DNA of 64,000 nt, from assembly GCA_964645975.1 (NCBI GenBank), contig CAZYAF010000011.1, forward strand, positions 11,057 to 75,056. Reading direction: 5' to 3'. How positions within the stretch are numbered: the first letter of the stretch is position 1; each line of letters starts with the position of its first letter. Below, one piece after another: positions 49,529-60,446 of this stretch. A model generated the notes under the pieces. The model did no database searches. It was not told the DNA's origin and saw only the letters and a program-made list of their open reading frames with translations. This stretch comes from an uncultured Acidobacteriota bacterium. GTDB taxonomy: Bacteria > Acidobacteriota > B3-B38 > Guanabaribacteriales > CAZYAF01. Both the position numbers and the translations under genes were made by a program.

Positions 49529-49557
49529 TTGATTCACAGAAGAAAAAAGCTTATAAT
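49529..49557 (+). promoter_or_regulatory. sigma70 promoter of the envelope cluster
   Basis: TTGATT-N17-TATAAT. Confidence 0.55.
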
Positions 49558-49614
49558 GTGGTGTTTTTTCAGCTCGAATATTTTGGTTTTTAAAATAGTA
49601 TAAATAATTCCTTA

Positions 49615-50802
49615 ATGATCAAATTTGTTTATATAAAGAAAAATATTAAAGATATATATTTGGAATTCAGCCGCTTTATTTTAAAGAATTATCCTCATTT
49701 TGTTACCAGTAGCTATTCTGACAGCTTAAGAGATTATATGCCAGTTTTTTGTTTCCATTCCGTAACATATAGCAATTTCAAGGAAAAGCTTGTTTATCTA
49801 AAAGAAAATGGATACGATTCTTTAAGCACTGCGGAATTTTTATCAATTCTAAAAGGAGAAAGTTCACCTCCCCCAAAACCAGTTCTACTCACTTTTGATG
49901 ATGGGCATATCAGCTTGTGGTCAGTTGTTTTTCCTTTATTGAAAAAATTCAGTTTTAAGGCAACCGCATTTATAATTCCTGGCTATATAGAAGAACCTTG
50001 TCAAATTCATAATAAACATAATCAAGGTGATAGTCAATTTGAGCCTATTCCTTATTCAATGATAACCTGGCGCCAGGCTCAAGAAATGCAGAACAGTGGC
50101 TTAGTAGATATCCAGTCCCATACCCTTTTTCATCAAAGCCACTTCATAGGATCTATGATAGTTAATTTTTTTTCCGCAGCAGAAAGGCATAGCAGCCAGT
50201 GGCTTGAGCTGCCGGTATGGAGATGGGAAGGTAAGGATATAGAGGGGTGTATTCCTCCCCCGGGCTTACCTCTTTATAAATCCGCACCCAGAATGAGCGG
50301 AATATCTCGATATTTTGAAGATGAAGAGCTCACCTATAGATGTGTGGAATTTGTGAATAAAAGAGACGGGCTCAATTTTTTTAAGCATAAAGGATGGAAG
50401 AGAAGATTAGCATTATTAATTAGTGATTATAAGAAAAAAAATAAAAGTAAAGGCCGCTTTGAGTTGCCAGAAGAAACCATTCATGCCATTAGAAACGATC
50501 TGCTTCATTCAAAAGAGCTCATAGAAGAGCATATTCCTAATCATAGGGTTATGTTTCTCGCTTATCCCTGGGGAATTGGAAGCCAGCGTTCTGTGGAACT
50601 GTCTAAGAAAGTCGGCTTCAAAGGGAATTTTTGGGTTGTTGGACCTTATAAGAGGGCAAACCTTGTTGGAGGTGATCCTTTCTATATAAACAGAATTAAA
50701 GATGATTATATATTTAGGCTTCCGGGTAAAGATAGAAAGTCACTTTGGGAAATTTTCAAAATGAAGCTAGCAAGGCGAATGAGTGGAGAGGACATTTATT
50801 AA
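49615..50802 (+). CDS. Polysaccharide deacetylase family protein with internal insertion
   Basis: FCFH, LLTFDDG, IQSHT, FLAYPWG. Confidence 0.8.
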   Translation: MIKFVYIKKNIKDIYLEFSRFILKNYPHFVTSSYSDSLRDYMPVFCFHSVTYSNFKEKLVYLKENGYDSLSTAEFLSILKGESSPPPKPVLLTFDDGHISLWSVVFPLLKKFSFKATAFIIPGYIEEPCQIHNKHNQGDSQFEPIPYSMITWRQAQEMQNSGLVDIQSHTLFHQSHFIGSMIVNFFSAAERHSSQWLELPVWRWEGKDIEGCIPPPGLPLYKSAPRMSGISRYFEDEELTYRCVEFVNKRDGLNFFKHKGWKRRLALLISDYKKKNKSKGRFELPEETIHAIRNDLLHSKELIEEHIPNHRVMFLAYPWGIGSQRSVELSKKVGFKGNFWVVGPYKRANLVGGDPFYINRIKDDYIFRLPGKDRKSLWEIFKMKLARRMSGEDIY

Positions 50803-50846
50803 AATAATAATATGTTAAGTGAGGTTTTTACAAAAGGAGCGATTAA

Positions 50847-51851
50847 ATGAAAAAAGAGTTTCTTCCTGGGTGGAGTTTAATGCTCGTTGTGGGAATAGCA
50901 GCTACTTTTATTTCTAAACTCGTCGTAGTCGGAGGAAAAAATCCTATAGAAGCAGCTGCTCTGGCAATAATATTTGGCATTATTATTAGAAATGCCGGTA
51001 TCTTACCCAAAATCTTTTACCCTGGGATTAAGGCCTTTGAAAAGATTTTAATTGTGGGCATCGTTCTTATTGGTGCTTCTCTTAATTTCAGAAATATAGG
51101 TTCACAGGGTTTAAGTATTTTGGCTATCATTTTAATAACAATGTTCATAAGTTTTTTTGTGATATATTTTTTGGGAAAAGTTTTCAGATTACCGACAGCT
51201 TTAGCTGTTCTTCTATCAGTTGGAACAACTATTTGTGGTGGATCAGCAATTGCGGTTACTGCACCGCTTATCAAAGCAAAAGAGGAAGAGACAAGCTATG
51301 CTGTTGGCACCATTGCCCTATGGGGTCTTATTGCCATCCTTGTTTATCCTAAAATAGCTCAATTTATCGGAGTTACTGATGTGAATTTTGGTGTTTTCGC
51401 TGGAACAGCTATTCATTCTACACCCCAGGTAGTTGGGGCCGGATTTATCTTTTCGGATATTGCTGGAAAAACTGCTACTGCTGTCAAATTAGTTCGTAAC
51501 TGCTTCATGGTTCCATTAGCGTTTTTGATAGCTCTTTGGTATACCAAAAAAACCTTGATAAGCCAGAGAGAAAAAGAAGCTAAGATAGATATAGCCAGAG
51601 CATTTCCCTGGTTTTTATTCGGATATTTCATTATGGCTGGACTTAATACTCAGGGATATTTTTCTGCTGCTGGGGTGAATGGCTTCAATACCGCAGGTAG
51701 ATTTCTCATATTAATTGGATTAGCAGGAATAGGTCTTAATACAGATATCATGTCTTTTAGAAAGATAGGATTGAAACCTTTATTTATTGGATTATTAGGT
51801 TCCCTGGTAGTTGTGGTATGCAGTATAGTAATGATATCCATCATACTGTAG
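50847..51851 (+). CDS. YeiH/UPF0324 putative sulfate exporter
   Basis: ICGGSAI, AIHSTPQVVGA, VKLVR, GLNT; multi-TM. Confidence 0.85.
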   Translation: MKKEFLPGWSLMLVVGIAATFISKLVVVGGKNPIEAAALAIIFGIIIRNAGILPKIFYPGIKAFEKILIVGIVLIGASLNFRNIGSQGLSILAIILITMFISFFVIYFLGKVFRLPTALAVLLSVGTTICGGSAIAVTAPLIKAKEEETSYAVGTIALWGLIAILVYPKIAQFIGVTDVNFGVFAGTAIHSTPQVVGAGFIFSDIAGKTATAVKLVRNCFMVPLAFLIALWYTKKTLISQREKEAKIDIARAFPWFLFGYFIMAGLNTQGYFSAAGVNGFNTAGRFLILIGLAGIGLNTDIMSFRKIGLKPLFIGLLGSLVVVVCSIVMISIIL

Positions 51852-51896
51852 ACCTTTTAAGGTTTTACTCAAGTAGGCATTAAGTAGAGAAATAAC

Positions 51897-52955
51897 ATGG
51901 AGAAGATAAGCGTTGCCGTTATTAACTACAACGGAGAGCAGTATCTGCAGGAATGTTTAAGCTCAATACAAGCTTCCGATTATCCGATAGAAGAGATAAT
52001 TTTAGTTGATAATAATTCGCAGGATAATAGCTTAAAATTTGTAAGAGAGAATTTTCCCCAGGTAAAGATTTTTTCTCTGGAGAAAAACCTGGGACCAGGA
52101 GCAGCACGAAATATTGCCCTTAAAAAAGTCTCCTTTAATTATGTTCTTTTGGTTGATCCAGATGGTGTAATGGAGCCATCAGCATTGCGTCATCTGGTTG
52201 CTGCACTTAAGCTCAGCCCTCAGGCTGCTGCTGCCCATCCTCGGGTTTTATTTTATAATCAGAAGCAGCAAATTCAATATGATGGTAGCTATATCCATTA
52301 TCTTGGTGTAGCAGTGCAGCGCCATCGCAATGAGCAAGTTTCAGACCATCCTCCAGGTGATCCAGAACCAATCGATTGCCTGGGAGGTATTCCATTGGTG
52401 AAGAAGGACATAGCTCTCAGTATTGGAGGGTATGATGAGGCTTATTTTTATGGATTTGAGGATGCAGATTTCATATATAGGCTTACGATGGCAGGTTATA
52501 CATGCTATAATGTACCTTTAGCCGTGGTATATCATAAAGAAGGAACGAGTTCGCTTTCTATGCGCAAGGGTAAGCAATATCAGCCGAAAAGAGCTTTTAT
52601 GGTCGTCCGCAATAGATGGTTTTTTATATTGAAAATGTACGAATGGAGCAGTATCATTTTCTTAGTACCAGCATTTCTGCTCTATGAATTTATCACCTTT
52701 GCATATCTGCTGATTAAAGGTGCTTCTGTTGAACATATAAAGGGTTTATGGGCGGTTTTGGTTAGTTTTAGAGAAATAATGGCAAAAAGAAAAGTAATTC
52801 AACGTATGAGAGTTAAGAGGGATAGAGACCTATTGAATACAGGAGACCTTACATTCGCTGTAGGCGTAATTAAGCCAGGTATTCAGGAACGAGCTAAACG
52901 TCTAATGGATGCAATATTTAAATTTTATTGGAAAGTAATATATCATTTTATCTGA
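51897..52955 (+). CDS. GT2 family glycosyltransferase
   Basis: VINYNG, LVDNNSQD, GAARN, DPD, FEDADF. Confidence 0.85.
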   Translation: MEKISVAVINYNGEQYLQECLSSIQASDYPIEEIILVDNNSQDNSLKFVRENFPQVKIFSLEKNLGPGAARNIALKKVSFNYVLLVDPDGVMEPSALRHLVAALKLSPQAAAAHPRVLFYNQKQQIQYDGSYIHYLGVAVQRHRNEQVSDHPPGDPEPIDCLGGIPLVKKDIALSIGGYDEAYFYGFEDADFIYRLTMAGYTCYNVPLAVVYHKEGTSSLSMRKGKQYQPKRAFMVVRNRWFFILKMYEWSSIIFLVPAFLLYEFITFAYLLIKGASVEHIKGLWAVLVSFREIMAKRKVIQRMRVKRDRDLLNTGDLTFAVGVIKPGIQERAKRLMDAIFKFYWKVIYHFI

Positions 52956-53024
52956 TATTTAATACATATAAAATAGGTCCTTATTGCAAATGTATTTAAA
53001 GATAGGTTTTATATAGGCAAGGAA

Positions 53025-54014
53025 ATGGTGGAAAAGGAACAAGCGGAACAAGAAGAAGGAAGAAAATGGGTATGGGTATGGTTGAGAGCTGGAATAAGCA
53101 TAGCCATTATTTGTATATTATTATGGCGTATTGATATAAAACAGCTCTTTCAGGCATTCTTGCAGGCAAAAGTGAGCCTGTGGGGAGTAGCATTTCTTTT
53201 TATGGTATTAGAGCAAGCACTAATGGCTCTGGCCTGGAATGTGCTCCTGCAGGCGAAGGGGTATAAAATACCGTTTATTCGTATGTTCGACATATTTTTA
53301 ATGGGGAACTTTTTCGGCTTAGCGCTCCCTTCCAGCGCAGGTGCAGACGCGGTTAAGGGATACGCGGTATTCAAGCACATTGACGATGGTGTCAATACTG
53401 TTAGCTCTCTGATTCTTTTTCGCGTGTTGGGAGTAGGGCTGCTTATTACCATTGCTACTATATGCGTATTAACATTTGGTAGTTTATTTGGAGATGATAA
53501 GATAGTCTTTATCGTATTAGGACTAATGTTTTTCTTTATACTCTTTTTTGTATTCTTATCTCTTCGAATTGTTCGTGAATTGCTAAAAAAGACGCTCAAC
53601 TACAAATATTTAAGAAAAATCGGTGATTTTGCATTAAGATTATATGACTCAATTATCGAATACAAAAAATACCGTTCAGCTTTGGGCAAGGTACTCCTTA
53701 TTTCTTTGGGGATTCAGGCCAGTCGTATTCTGGGAATATATGTTATCGGACTTTCCATAGGTATAACCTTGTCTTTTAAATATTATATGATTATTGTGCC
53801 AATTGTCATTGTGGTAACCCTTATTCCCATAACTGTTGCTGGATTAGGTTTGAGGGAGGTCTCATTTATTTACCTTTTCGAGCAGATAGGTTTTTCGAGC
53901 ACTGCCGCTTTTACTCTTTCGATTCTTACTGATTTGATAATACTACTTATTAGTCTTATTGGAGGTGCTATCTACCTCATCAAGGGTTTTTCTCCTTCAA
54001 AAGAAAAAGGCTAA
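53025..54014 (+). CDS. UPF0104 flippase-like (lysylphosphatidylglycerol synthase TM-like) protein
   Basis: LPSSAGADAVK, PITVAGLGLRE; multi-TM. Confidence 0.85.
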   Translation: MVEKEQAEQEEGRKWVWVWLRAGISIAIICILLWRIDIKQLFQAFLQAKVSLWGVAFLFMVLEQALMALAWNVLLQAKGYKIPFIRMFDIFLMGNFFGLALPSSAGADAVKGYAVFKHIDDGVNTVSSLILFRVLGVGLLITIATICVLTFGSLFGDDKIVFIVLGLMFFFILFFVFLSLRIVRELLKKTLNYKYLRKIGDFALRLYDSIIEYKKYRSALGKVLLISLGIQASRILGIYVIGLSIGITLSFKYYMIIVPIVIVVTLIPITVAGLGLREVSFIYLFEQIGFSSTAAFTLSILTDLIILLISLIGGAIYLIKGFSPSKEKG

Positions 54015-54062
54015 TATGTTACAATTACCAAAAATGACTTTTCCAACTTTTTGTAGGAGGAT

Positions 54063-55682
54063 ATGAATATGAAGTATAAAGCAAAAATTATAATTATTGC
54101 TGGTCTTCTCCTATGTTTATTCTTTTTAATGGCTTATAGCCAAAAGACTCAGGAAGGCTACTTTAAGAAACCTGAAATAAAAGAAGCCTTAGATGGAATT
54201 TGCATACGTGATCTACACTCCCATATAGGCTTTCTGGCATCAGATGAGCTGCAGGGTCGTGGTACACCCAGCATTTATCTTGATATTGCAGGACGTTATA
54301 TTCAAGCAGAGTTTGAAAAATACGGGATTACTCCAGGGGGTGATGAAGGTCGGTTTAACCAGATTTATGATATTAATATGTACCCTTATGAAAAAGAAAA
54401 TTTGAATGTTTCGATTTCAATTAACAATAAAGAAAGAAAATTGAGTGAGGAAGAGATGATTCCTCTTCTCATGGCACTTGTTGGAACTTCGGTGGAGGTT
54501 AGCGGTGATATTGTATTTGCTGGTTATGGTATTACTGCTCCCGAAAAAGAATGGGATGATTATAAGGATTTAGATGTTCCTGGTAAGGTAGTTTTGGTGG
54601 CAGAGGGAGCACCCTGGGAGCTGGATTTGGATGTTCCCTTTGGCTATGATAAATTGCTCGGCAAATGGATAAATGCAGCCCAACATGGAGCAGTTGGTTT
54701 TATCTATGCCACCCCATTACTTGGAAAAGAGGAACCGATGAGCGTTGCTTTCGTGAAAAGCCTTACAGGTAAAGTGCTGATGCAGAGAAAAAGTGAGAGT
54801 CCTCAAATTCTCTGGTGTGTTCCCGGAGTAGTCACGTCCTTTGAAATCGCAAATGAGATAATAAGACCTGCAAATCAAGGTGATTTAAGTTCTATAAAAG
54901 AACTGATTAACAGAGAGAAAAAGCCCCTTTGTTTTCACGTGAAACAATCTACCTTTTCATTCAAATTAGACGCTGTACCTAAAGAAGCCCATGCAAGTAA
55001 TGTCATTGGTATAGTTAAAGGCTCTGATCCCAAACTGGCAGATGAATATATTGCTCTTACCGCTCACTACGATCATTTAGGCGTCGGTCATCCAGTAGGT
55101 GAAGATTCTATATATAACGGCGCAGACGATAATGCTTCAGGCACAGCCGGAATTTTGGAAATTGCTCAAGCTTTTAGCTCGCTGCCAGAAGGTATGCGGC
55201 CACGGCGTTCCCTCATTTTCATACTGGTATCGGGAGAAGAATCTGGCCTTTATGGCTCTGCTCATTATGCTGAGAATCCCACGGTACCAATGAATAGTAT
55301 TCAAGCTAATATTAATCTCGATATGATTGGACGGTGTCCAGAAAAAGGAGTAGAAATTATCGCACCGGGGAGTGATGAATTAGCGAATATGATGATTGAG
55401 CATGCTGAAATGCTCGAGCTGAAGACTCAACCTGATCAGCATCCAGAAATGCGCCTGATATATCTCTCGGATCAATTTCCTTTTGTTTATAATAATATCC
55501 CAGCAGTTTTCTGCTTTACCGGTCTTCACCCTGATTACCATCAACCTTCAGATCACATTGATAAGCTTAATTTCAAAGATATGGAGAAGATTGTTCGAGC
55601 AGTTTTCTTGACGGCCTTACAGTTATCCAACCAGGAGGAGATTCCATCTTTTAAAGCACCGGCTTATTTTGTTCAACATTAG
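54063..55682 (+). CDS. M28 metallopeptidase with PA domain (paralog 1)
   Basis: SDELQGR, FAGYG, TAHYDHLG, NGADDNASG, GEESGL, NLDMIG, SDQFPF, DYHQPSD. Confidence 0.88.
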   Translation: MNMKYKAKIIIIAGLLLCLFFLMAYSQKTQEGYFKKPEIKEALDGICIRDLHSHIGFLASDELQGRGTPSIYLDIAGRYIQAEFEKYGITPGGDEGRFNQIYDINMYPYEKENLNVSISINNKERKLSEEEMIPLLMALVGTSVEVSGDIVFAGYGITAPEKEWDDYKDLDVPGKVVLVAEGAPWELDLDVPFGYDKLLGKWINAAQHGAVGFIYATPLLGKEEPMSVAFVKSLTGKVLMQRKSESPQILWCVPGVVTSFEIANEIIRPANQGDLSSIKELINREKKPLCFHVKQSTFSFKLDAVPKEAHASNVIGIVKGSDPKLADEYIALTAHYDHLGVGHPVGEDSIYNGADDNASGTAGILEIAQAFSSLPEGMRPRRSLIFILVSGEESGLYGSAHYAENPTVPMNSIQANINLDMIGRCPEKGVEIIAPGSDELANMMIEHAEMLELKTQPDQHPEMRLIYLSDQFPFVYNNIPAVFCFTGLHPDYHQPSDHIDKLNFKDMEKIVRAVFLTALQLSNQEEIPSFKAPAYFVQH

Positions 55683-55823
55683 AAAAATGTATATGTAGAC
55701 ACCTTAAATGAGACCGTAGAAGGGATTAACGAAGATTAAGAATAAAGGTTTTCTCTGAAATTAGACAGTACAGTAGGCTGTCTAAAGAGGGAAAGGCCTT
55801 TAGCCTTGAGGGAGGCTTGCAGC

Positions 55824-57437
55824 ATGAAACAGAAAATAAAATTTGTATTTATGCTCAGCTTACTTTTTAGCCTGATACTGGTAGTCGGATATAGCAAGAA
55901 AACTCAACCGAGCTTTCTTGTGACTCCTGAAATAGATGAAACGCTGGAAGGGATTTGTCTTGATGATTTATATTCTCATATCCTCTATCTGGCGTCAGAT
56001 GAACTCCAGGGTCGACCTACTCCCAGTATTTATTGTGACATCGCAGGTAGATACATAGAAGATGAATTCTGGGAATATAGTTTAAGACCTGGAGGTGGTA
56101 ATGGGACATTTCAACAGTTTTACACCATAAATATATATCCTAATAATGCAGAAAATCTGAAGGTTTCTTATTCCTTTGGAGATTTTGAATGGAAACTGAA
56201 TGCGGATGAGATATACCCCTTTCTCCATGCTACAGCAGGGACTTCTATAAATGCACAAGGAACTATAGTTTTTGTTGGTTATGGAATCACAGCTCCTGAA
56301 AGAGGCCGGGATGACTATGAAAACCTGGACGTACGCGGAAAAATAGTATTAATTATGGATGGAGCTCCTTGGCCTATAAACGAGGATGATTTAATTGCTT
56401 ATGATAAGTCATGGCAAAAAATAGTAAATGCCGCTCAACGCGGTGCGGTCGGATTTATCTATGGTGCTTATTCACCAAGAAGTCAGCAGCGTCGAAGTGC
56501 TGCTTTTCTTAAAAACCTTACCAATGGCTATCTTCTTCAAAGGAGAAGTTTAAATCCACGAATAGTTCATTATATTCCAGGTATATTTATTCCCATGACT
56601 GTAGCACGTCAAATTGCCAATTCAGCTAACAACGGCACTATGAGCTCTTTTCTAAGTGTATCAAGCGAAGAGAGGAAAAGCCTTGAGATTCTTTCGGGAG
56701 GATTAAAATTCTCGTTGACATTAGAAGTTGAACCGCAACAGGCGCAAACTTTTAATGTTATAGGTGTATTAAGAGGTTCTGACCCACAGCTTGCTAATGA
56801 ATATATATCCATTACGGCTCATTACGATCATGTGGGCGTTGGTACTCCTGTACATGGGGATTCGATCTATAACGGAGCAGACGATAATGCCTCCGGTACT
56901 GCTGGAGTGCTTGAACTGGCTGAAGCTTTTAGCTCGCTTCCGAATGCATTACGTCCACGCCGCTCAATACTGTTTCTTCTTGTTTCCGGAGAAGAACGAG
57001 GTCTATTCGGTTCGTGTCATTTTGCAGAAAACCCAACCGTACTCACGAACAGAATTAAAGCCAATATTAATCTGGATATGATAGGCAGATATTCTGGAGA
57101 TGGCTTGGAGGTAATTGCTCCGGGCAGCAATTGGCTGAGCAATGCTATGATTAGAAATGCTCAAAGTTATGGATTAAAAGCTCATCCGGATCGGCACCCG
57201 GAGGCGCGTTTGATATATCGCAGCGATAGTTTTCCTTTCGCTTATTGTAATGTTCCAGCAGCTCATTGCTTTACCGGAATTCATGATGATTATCATCAAC
57301 CATCGGATGAAATTGATAAGATTAATTTTGCTGATATGGAAAAAATTGTACGTGCAGTTTTTTTAACTGCCTTAGAGATAGCTAATAGAGAGAAAATACC
57401 CCCTTTCAATCCTCCAGCTTATTTCAAACGACCATAA
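55824..57437 (+). CDS. M28 metallopeptidase with PA domain (paralog 2)
   Basis: Same motif set: TAHYDHVG, NGADDNASG, GEERGL, NLDMIG, DYHQPSD. Confidence 0.88.
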   Translation: MKQKIKFVFMLSLLFSLILVVGYSKKTQPSFLVTPEIDETLEGICLDDLYSHILYLASDELQGRPTPSIYCDIAGRYIEDEFWEYSLRPGGGNGTFQQFYTINIYPNNAENLKVSYSFGDFEWKLNADEIYPFLHATAGTSINAQGTIVFVGYGITAPERGRDDYENLDVRGKIVLIMDGAPWPINEDDLIAYDKSWQKIVNAAQRGAVGFIYGAYSPRSQQRRSAAFLKNLTNGYLLQRRSLNPRIVHYIPGIFIPMTVARQIANSANNGTMSSFLSVSSEERKSLEILSGGLKFSLTLEVEPQQAQTFNVIGVLRGSDPQLANEYISITAHYDHVGVGTPVHGDSIYNGADDNASGTAGVLELAEAFSSLPNALRPRRSILFLLVSGEERGLFGSCHFAENPTVLTNRIKANINLDMIGRYSGDGLEVIAPGSNWLSNAMIRNAQSYGLKAHPDRHPEARLIYRSDSFPFAYCNVPAAHCFTGIHDDYHQPSDEIDKINFADMEKIVRAVFLTALEIANREKIPPFNPPAYFKRP

Positions 57438-57540
57438 AGGGATCTAATTAAGAATATACAGATTTAACGCATTAATTAAAGATTATAATGAGGAGAATTG
57501 CGGTTTACCAATACGAAACATAACAGCAATAGAGGGATCA

Positions 57541-58512
57541 GTGATTTTGAAGAATAAGCAGATACTATTTTTTGTGGCTTTTGTGCTTTTTTTAATTTTA
57601 ATTTTAAATCCATGGAGCTGCCAAAAAAAGGAATCACCTATAATAGAGGAGAAAAAACAAGAGAGAGAAATTAGTGATAAGTTATCAGATATTCCCGCGG
57701 GCACAATAGTATTTGTTAGTCAGATTAAGGGTCGTTATCAAATTTTTAAAATGCAATCTGATGGAAGCAGACTAAAAAATTTATCTAATAACAAATATAA
57801 TGATGAAAATCCACGTTGGTCACCAGATGGAAGCTGGATAGCTTTTGATTCTGATCGAGGTGGTGATAAAAATATCTTCATAATGAAACCCGATGGCAAT
57901 GAACATGTTAAGATTACAGCTAATAGAGCTACAGATATGCAGCCCACCTGGATGCCGGATAGCAGGCGTTTGGTCTTCGAATCCAATCGCACCGAGAGAG
58001 GTGATTTATATTTGATCGACATAGATGAGAGGAAGCCAAAAGTTCTCTTTGCCACAAATAAAGCGGGCCATAATGGTGGAGCTGACGTCTCACCAGATGG
58101 AAGCAAAGTAGTATACATGAGCAATCGCTTCATAGGGTGGGACATCTTTTTAGGCGATATAAGAGGAGATGCTGGTAAACCAGTGGCCACCGAAGGGGGT
58201 AATTGTAAGCCAGCATGGTCGCCAGATGGAAACTTAATCGCCTGGGTGAACCACAGCCGTTTTAATCCGGTTACCGATATTTGGTTGATGAAGGCGGATG
58301 GAAGCGAGAAAAGAAATCTCACTGACAATAATCCTTATTGGGCTTTTTATCCTACCTGGTCACCTGATGGCAAATGGATAGCCTTTGCCAGCGGTGAAGA
58401 TAAGTTTTCTGCTGATTGGGAGATATATGTCCTGGAGATAGTCACAGGAAAATTGAAAAGGTTAACCTCTAATCGTTATCTTGATTATCAACCAGATTGG
58501 AGTCCGCATTAG
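57541..58512 (+). CDS. TolB-like beta-propeller (PD40 repeats), probable lipoprotein
   Basis: PWSC after a hydrophobic signal; repeated P-WSPDG--IAF. Confidence 0.85.
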   Translation: MILKNKQILFFVAFVLFLILILNPWSCQKKESPIIEEKKQEREISDKLSDIPAGTIVFVSQIKGRYQIFKMQSDGSRLKNLSNNKYNDENPRWSPDGSWIAFDSDRGGDKNIFIMKPDGNEHVKITANRATDMQPTWMPDSRRLVFESNRTERGDLYLIDIDERKPKVLFATNKAGHNGGADVSPDGSKVVYMSNRFIGWDIFLGDIRGDAGKPVATEGGNCKPAWSPDGNLIAWVNHSRFNPVTDIWLMKADGSEKRNLTDNNPYWAFYPTWSPDGKWIAFASGEDKFSADWEIYVLEIVTGKLKRLTSNRYLDYQPDWSPH

Positions 58513-58561
58513 CTTGAGAGTTAGAAAATAATAATGAGTATTTAATGAAGAGTGAGGGAAA

Positions 58562-60334
58562 ATGTTGAGCCAGAAGAATGGGTTTTGGTTTATCTTGGTA
58601 ATTTTTATTTTCTTCATGGGATTTTCTTTAGCTATTGATTATCCTTCTTTATGCAGAGGTTCTTTCTTTAGTGATGGAGCCACCTACTACTCCATGGCTC
58701 ATAGTATTGCCTATGATGGCGATATCGAATATAACCGTATAGACCTCTTCAGAGTTTTTGAAGAGTTTCGTGGTGGTCCGATTGGCATATTTTTAAAAAA
58801 GAACGTTGAGCAGGATAAGATATTTTTCTCCAAATCTTTTATCTATCCTCTCTTTTGCTCACCTTTCGTTCGACTCCTGGGGACGAGAGGATTTTTCTTT
58901 TTCCACTCTCTTTTGCTATTGTTGGTTATGTATCTGGGCTATACTTATTTATTAAAAAGCATGAGTCCATCCTTAAGTCTTGGAATAATAGTAACATTCG
59001 TTTTTGCAGCAGTAGGAATTGTGTATTTTTTCTGGTTAACCCCGGAGATTTTTAATCTGACTCTCATATTTGCAGCATATTTTCTCTGGAGCTATAAGCA
59101 AAATAAGCCACAAGAGGATAAGAAGCATTCTTTTTGGTCAAGTTTTTTGTATTCTGCAAATAGTGATTATTTAGCTTCCCTTCTTATAGGATTAGCAACC
59201 TTTTCTAAGCCGACTAATGCTCTCTTTATTGCTCCCCTGGGATTATTTACTATGTATAAGAGAAGATGGCTTCGCACTTTAGTCATAGGATTAATATTTG
59301 TAGCGGTTGCTGTCGGACTTTTTAGCATAAATTACTACATAACAGGCGATTGGAATTATCAGGGAGGCTATCGCAAGACATTTTTACGACAATTTCCTCT
59401 GATCGATACCAGGGTGCAATTCGAAGATACCGGTCTTTCTATGACAACAAATATCGAAGGTTATGGCTGGTTTTTCGATATTGTCACCTTCTCGTATAAT
59501 ATCTTTTATTATTTCTTGGGCCGTTACTCCGGTATTATCTTCTATTATTTCCCTGCCATCTTTGGGATCGCTCTCTTTCTTTTACATCGCAAAAATTTCA
59601 TCAGCTGGCTCATTTTTGGAACAGCTATTGCAGCCATACTGGCTAATATCATTGTAATACCTGATAACTATCTGGGTGGTGGCGGTACCATTGGAAATCG
59701 ATATTTCGTCAATATCTACCCCCTCTTCTTTTTCATCATTCCTTCCTTTAAAAGAAAAAGCTCTCTCTTTATCTGCTGGATCGTTGCTGGGGTATTTCTC
59801 GCTCAGATTCTGCTCAATCCTTTGCAATCATCTCTCAATCCAGCCCAACATGGGAAGCATTATCCCTTTAAGTTGCTGCCCGCAGAATTGACCCAACTTA
59901 ACGATTTACCAATAAATACAAATCCTCGTGCCCGAAAAGTGGCTCTGAGCCAGCCCACCCGCTTCTATCTATACTTTTTGGATGACAATACCTATTTTCG
60001 AGAAGCCGGTGGATTCTGGATAAGGGGATGTTCTACCGCTGAATTGATATTGAGAAGCGAAAAGAAGTTAAATAAGATTATTGTAACGGCAAAAAATTCC
60101 AAGGTAGATAATGAGGTAAAAGCTCGGATTGGGTGGCATTCCCAAAGGATTCTTTTGAAAAGAAGAAAGAATGTTGATATAACCTTCAATGCTGGCGAGG
60201 GGCTCAAATATGCGGAAACCTATCTATACCGTATTACTATAGCTTCCAAAGAGGGCTTTATACCAAAGCACTATGTTCAAGCCAGTCCAGATAACCGCTA
60301 TCTGGGATGTTTTATTACTATAGATGTGGAATGA
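58562..60334 (+). CDS. Large polytopic membrane protein, GT-C glycosyltransferase-like
   Basis: N-terminal TM then SDGATYYSMAHSIAYDGD loop, about 11 TM helices, KP motif, GNRYF, C-terminal soluble domain. Confidence 0.55.
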   Translation: MLSQKNGFWFILVIFIFFMGFSLAIDYPSLCRGSFFSDGATYYSMAHSIAYDGDIEYNRIDLFRVFEEFRGGPIGIFLKKNVEQDKIFFSKSFIYPLFCSPFVRLLGTRGFFFFHSLLLLLVMYLGYTYLLKSMSPSLSLGIIVTFVFAAVGIVYFFWLTPEIFNLTLIFAAYFLWSYKQNKPQEDKKHSFWSSFLYSANSDYLASLLIGLATFSKPTNALFIAPLGLFTMYKRRWLRTLVIGLIFVAVAVGLFSINYYITGDWNYQGGYRKTFLRQFPLIDTRVQFEDTGLSMTTNIEGYGWFFDIVTFSYNIFYYFLGRYSGIIFYYFPAIFGIALFLLHRKNFISWLIFGTAIAAILANIIVIPDNYLGGGGTIGNRYFVNIYPLFFFIIPSFKRKSSLFICWIVAGVFLAQILLNPLQSSLNPAQHGKHYPFKLLPAELTQLNDLPINTNPRARKVALSQPTRFYLYFLDDNTYFREAGGFWIRGCSTAELILRSEKKLNKIIVTAKNSKVDNEVKARIGWHSQRILLKRRKNVDITFNAGEGLKYAETYLYRITIASKEGFIPKHYVQASPDNRYLGCFITIDVE

Positions 60335-60419
60335 TAAGATTTTATTTCTCCAATTACTCAAACTTTTGACTTAAAAAATAAAAATCCTCTATCATATGTT
60401 TTTTTCAGATATGGATAGA

Positions 60420-60446
60420 GGAAAATAGGCGACCGCCTTATCCACC
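60420..60446 (-). other. Candidate bacterial SECIS element
   Basis: After UGA: GCCUCCGGUGGAUAAGGC-GGUC-GCCUAUUUUCC; 4-bp upper stem at +15-18/+23-26, bulge at +14, GGUC loop at +19-22, lower stem +7-13/+27-33. Confidence 0.7.
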
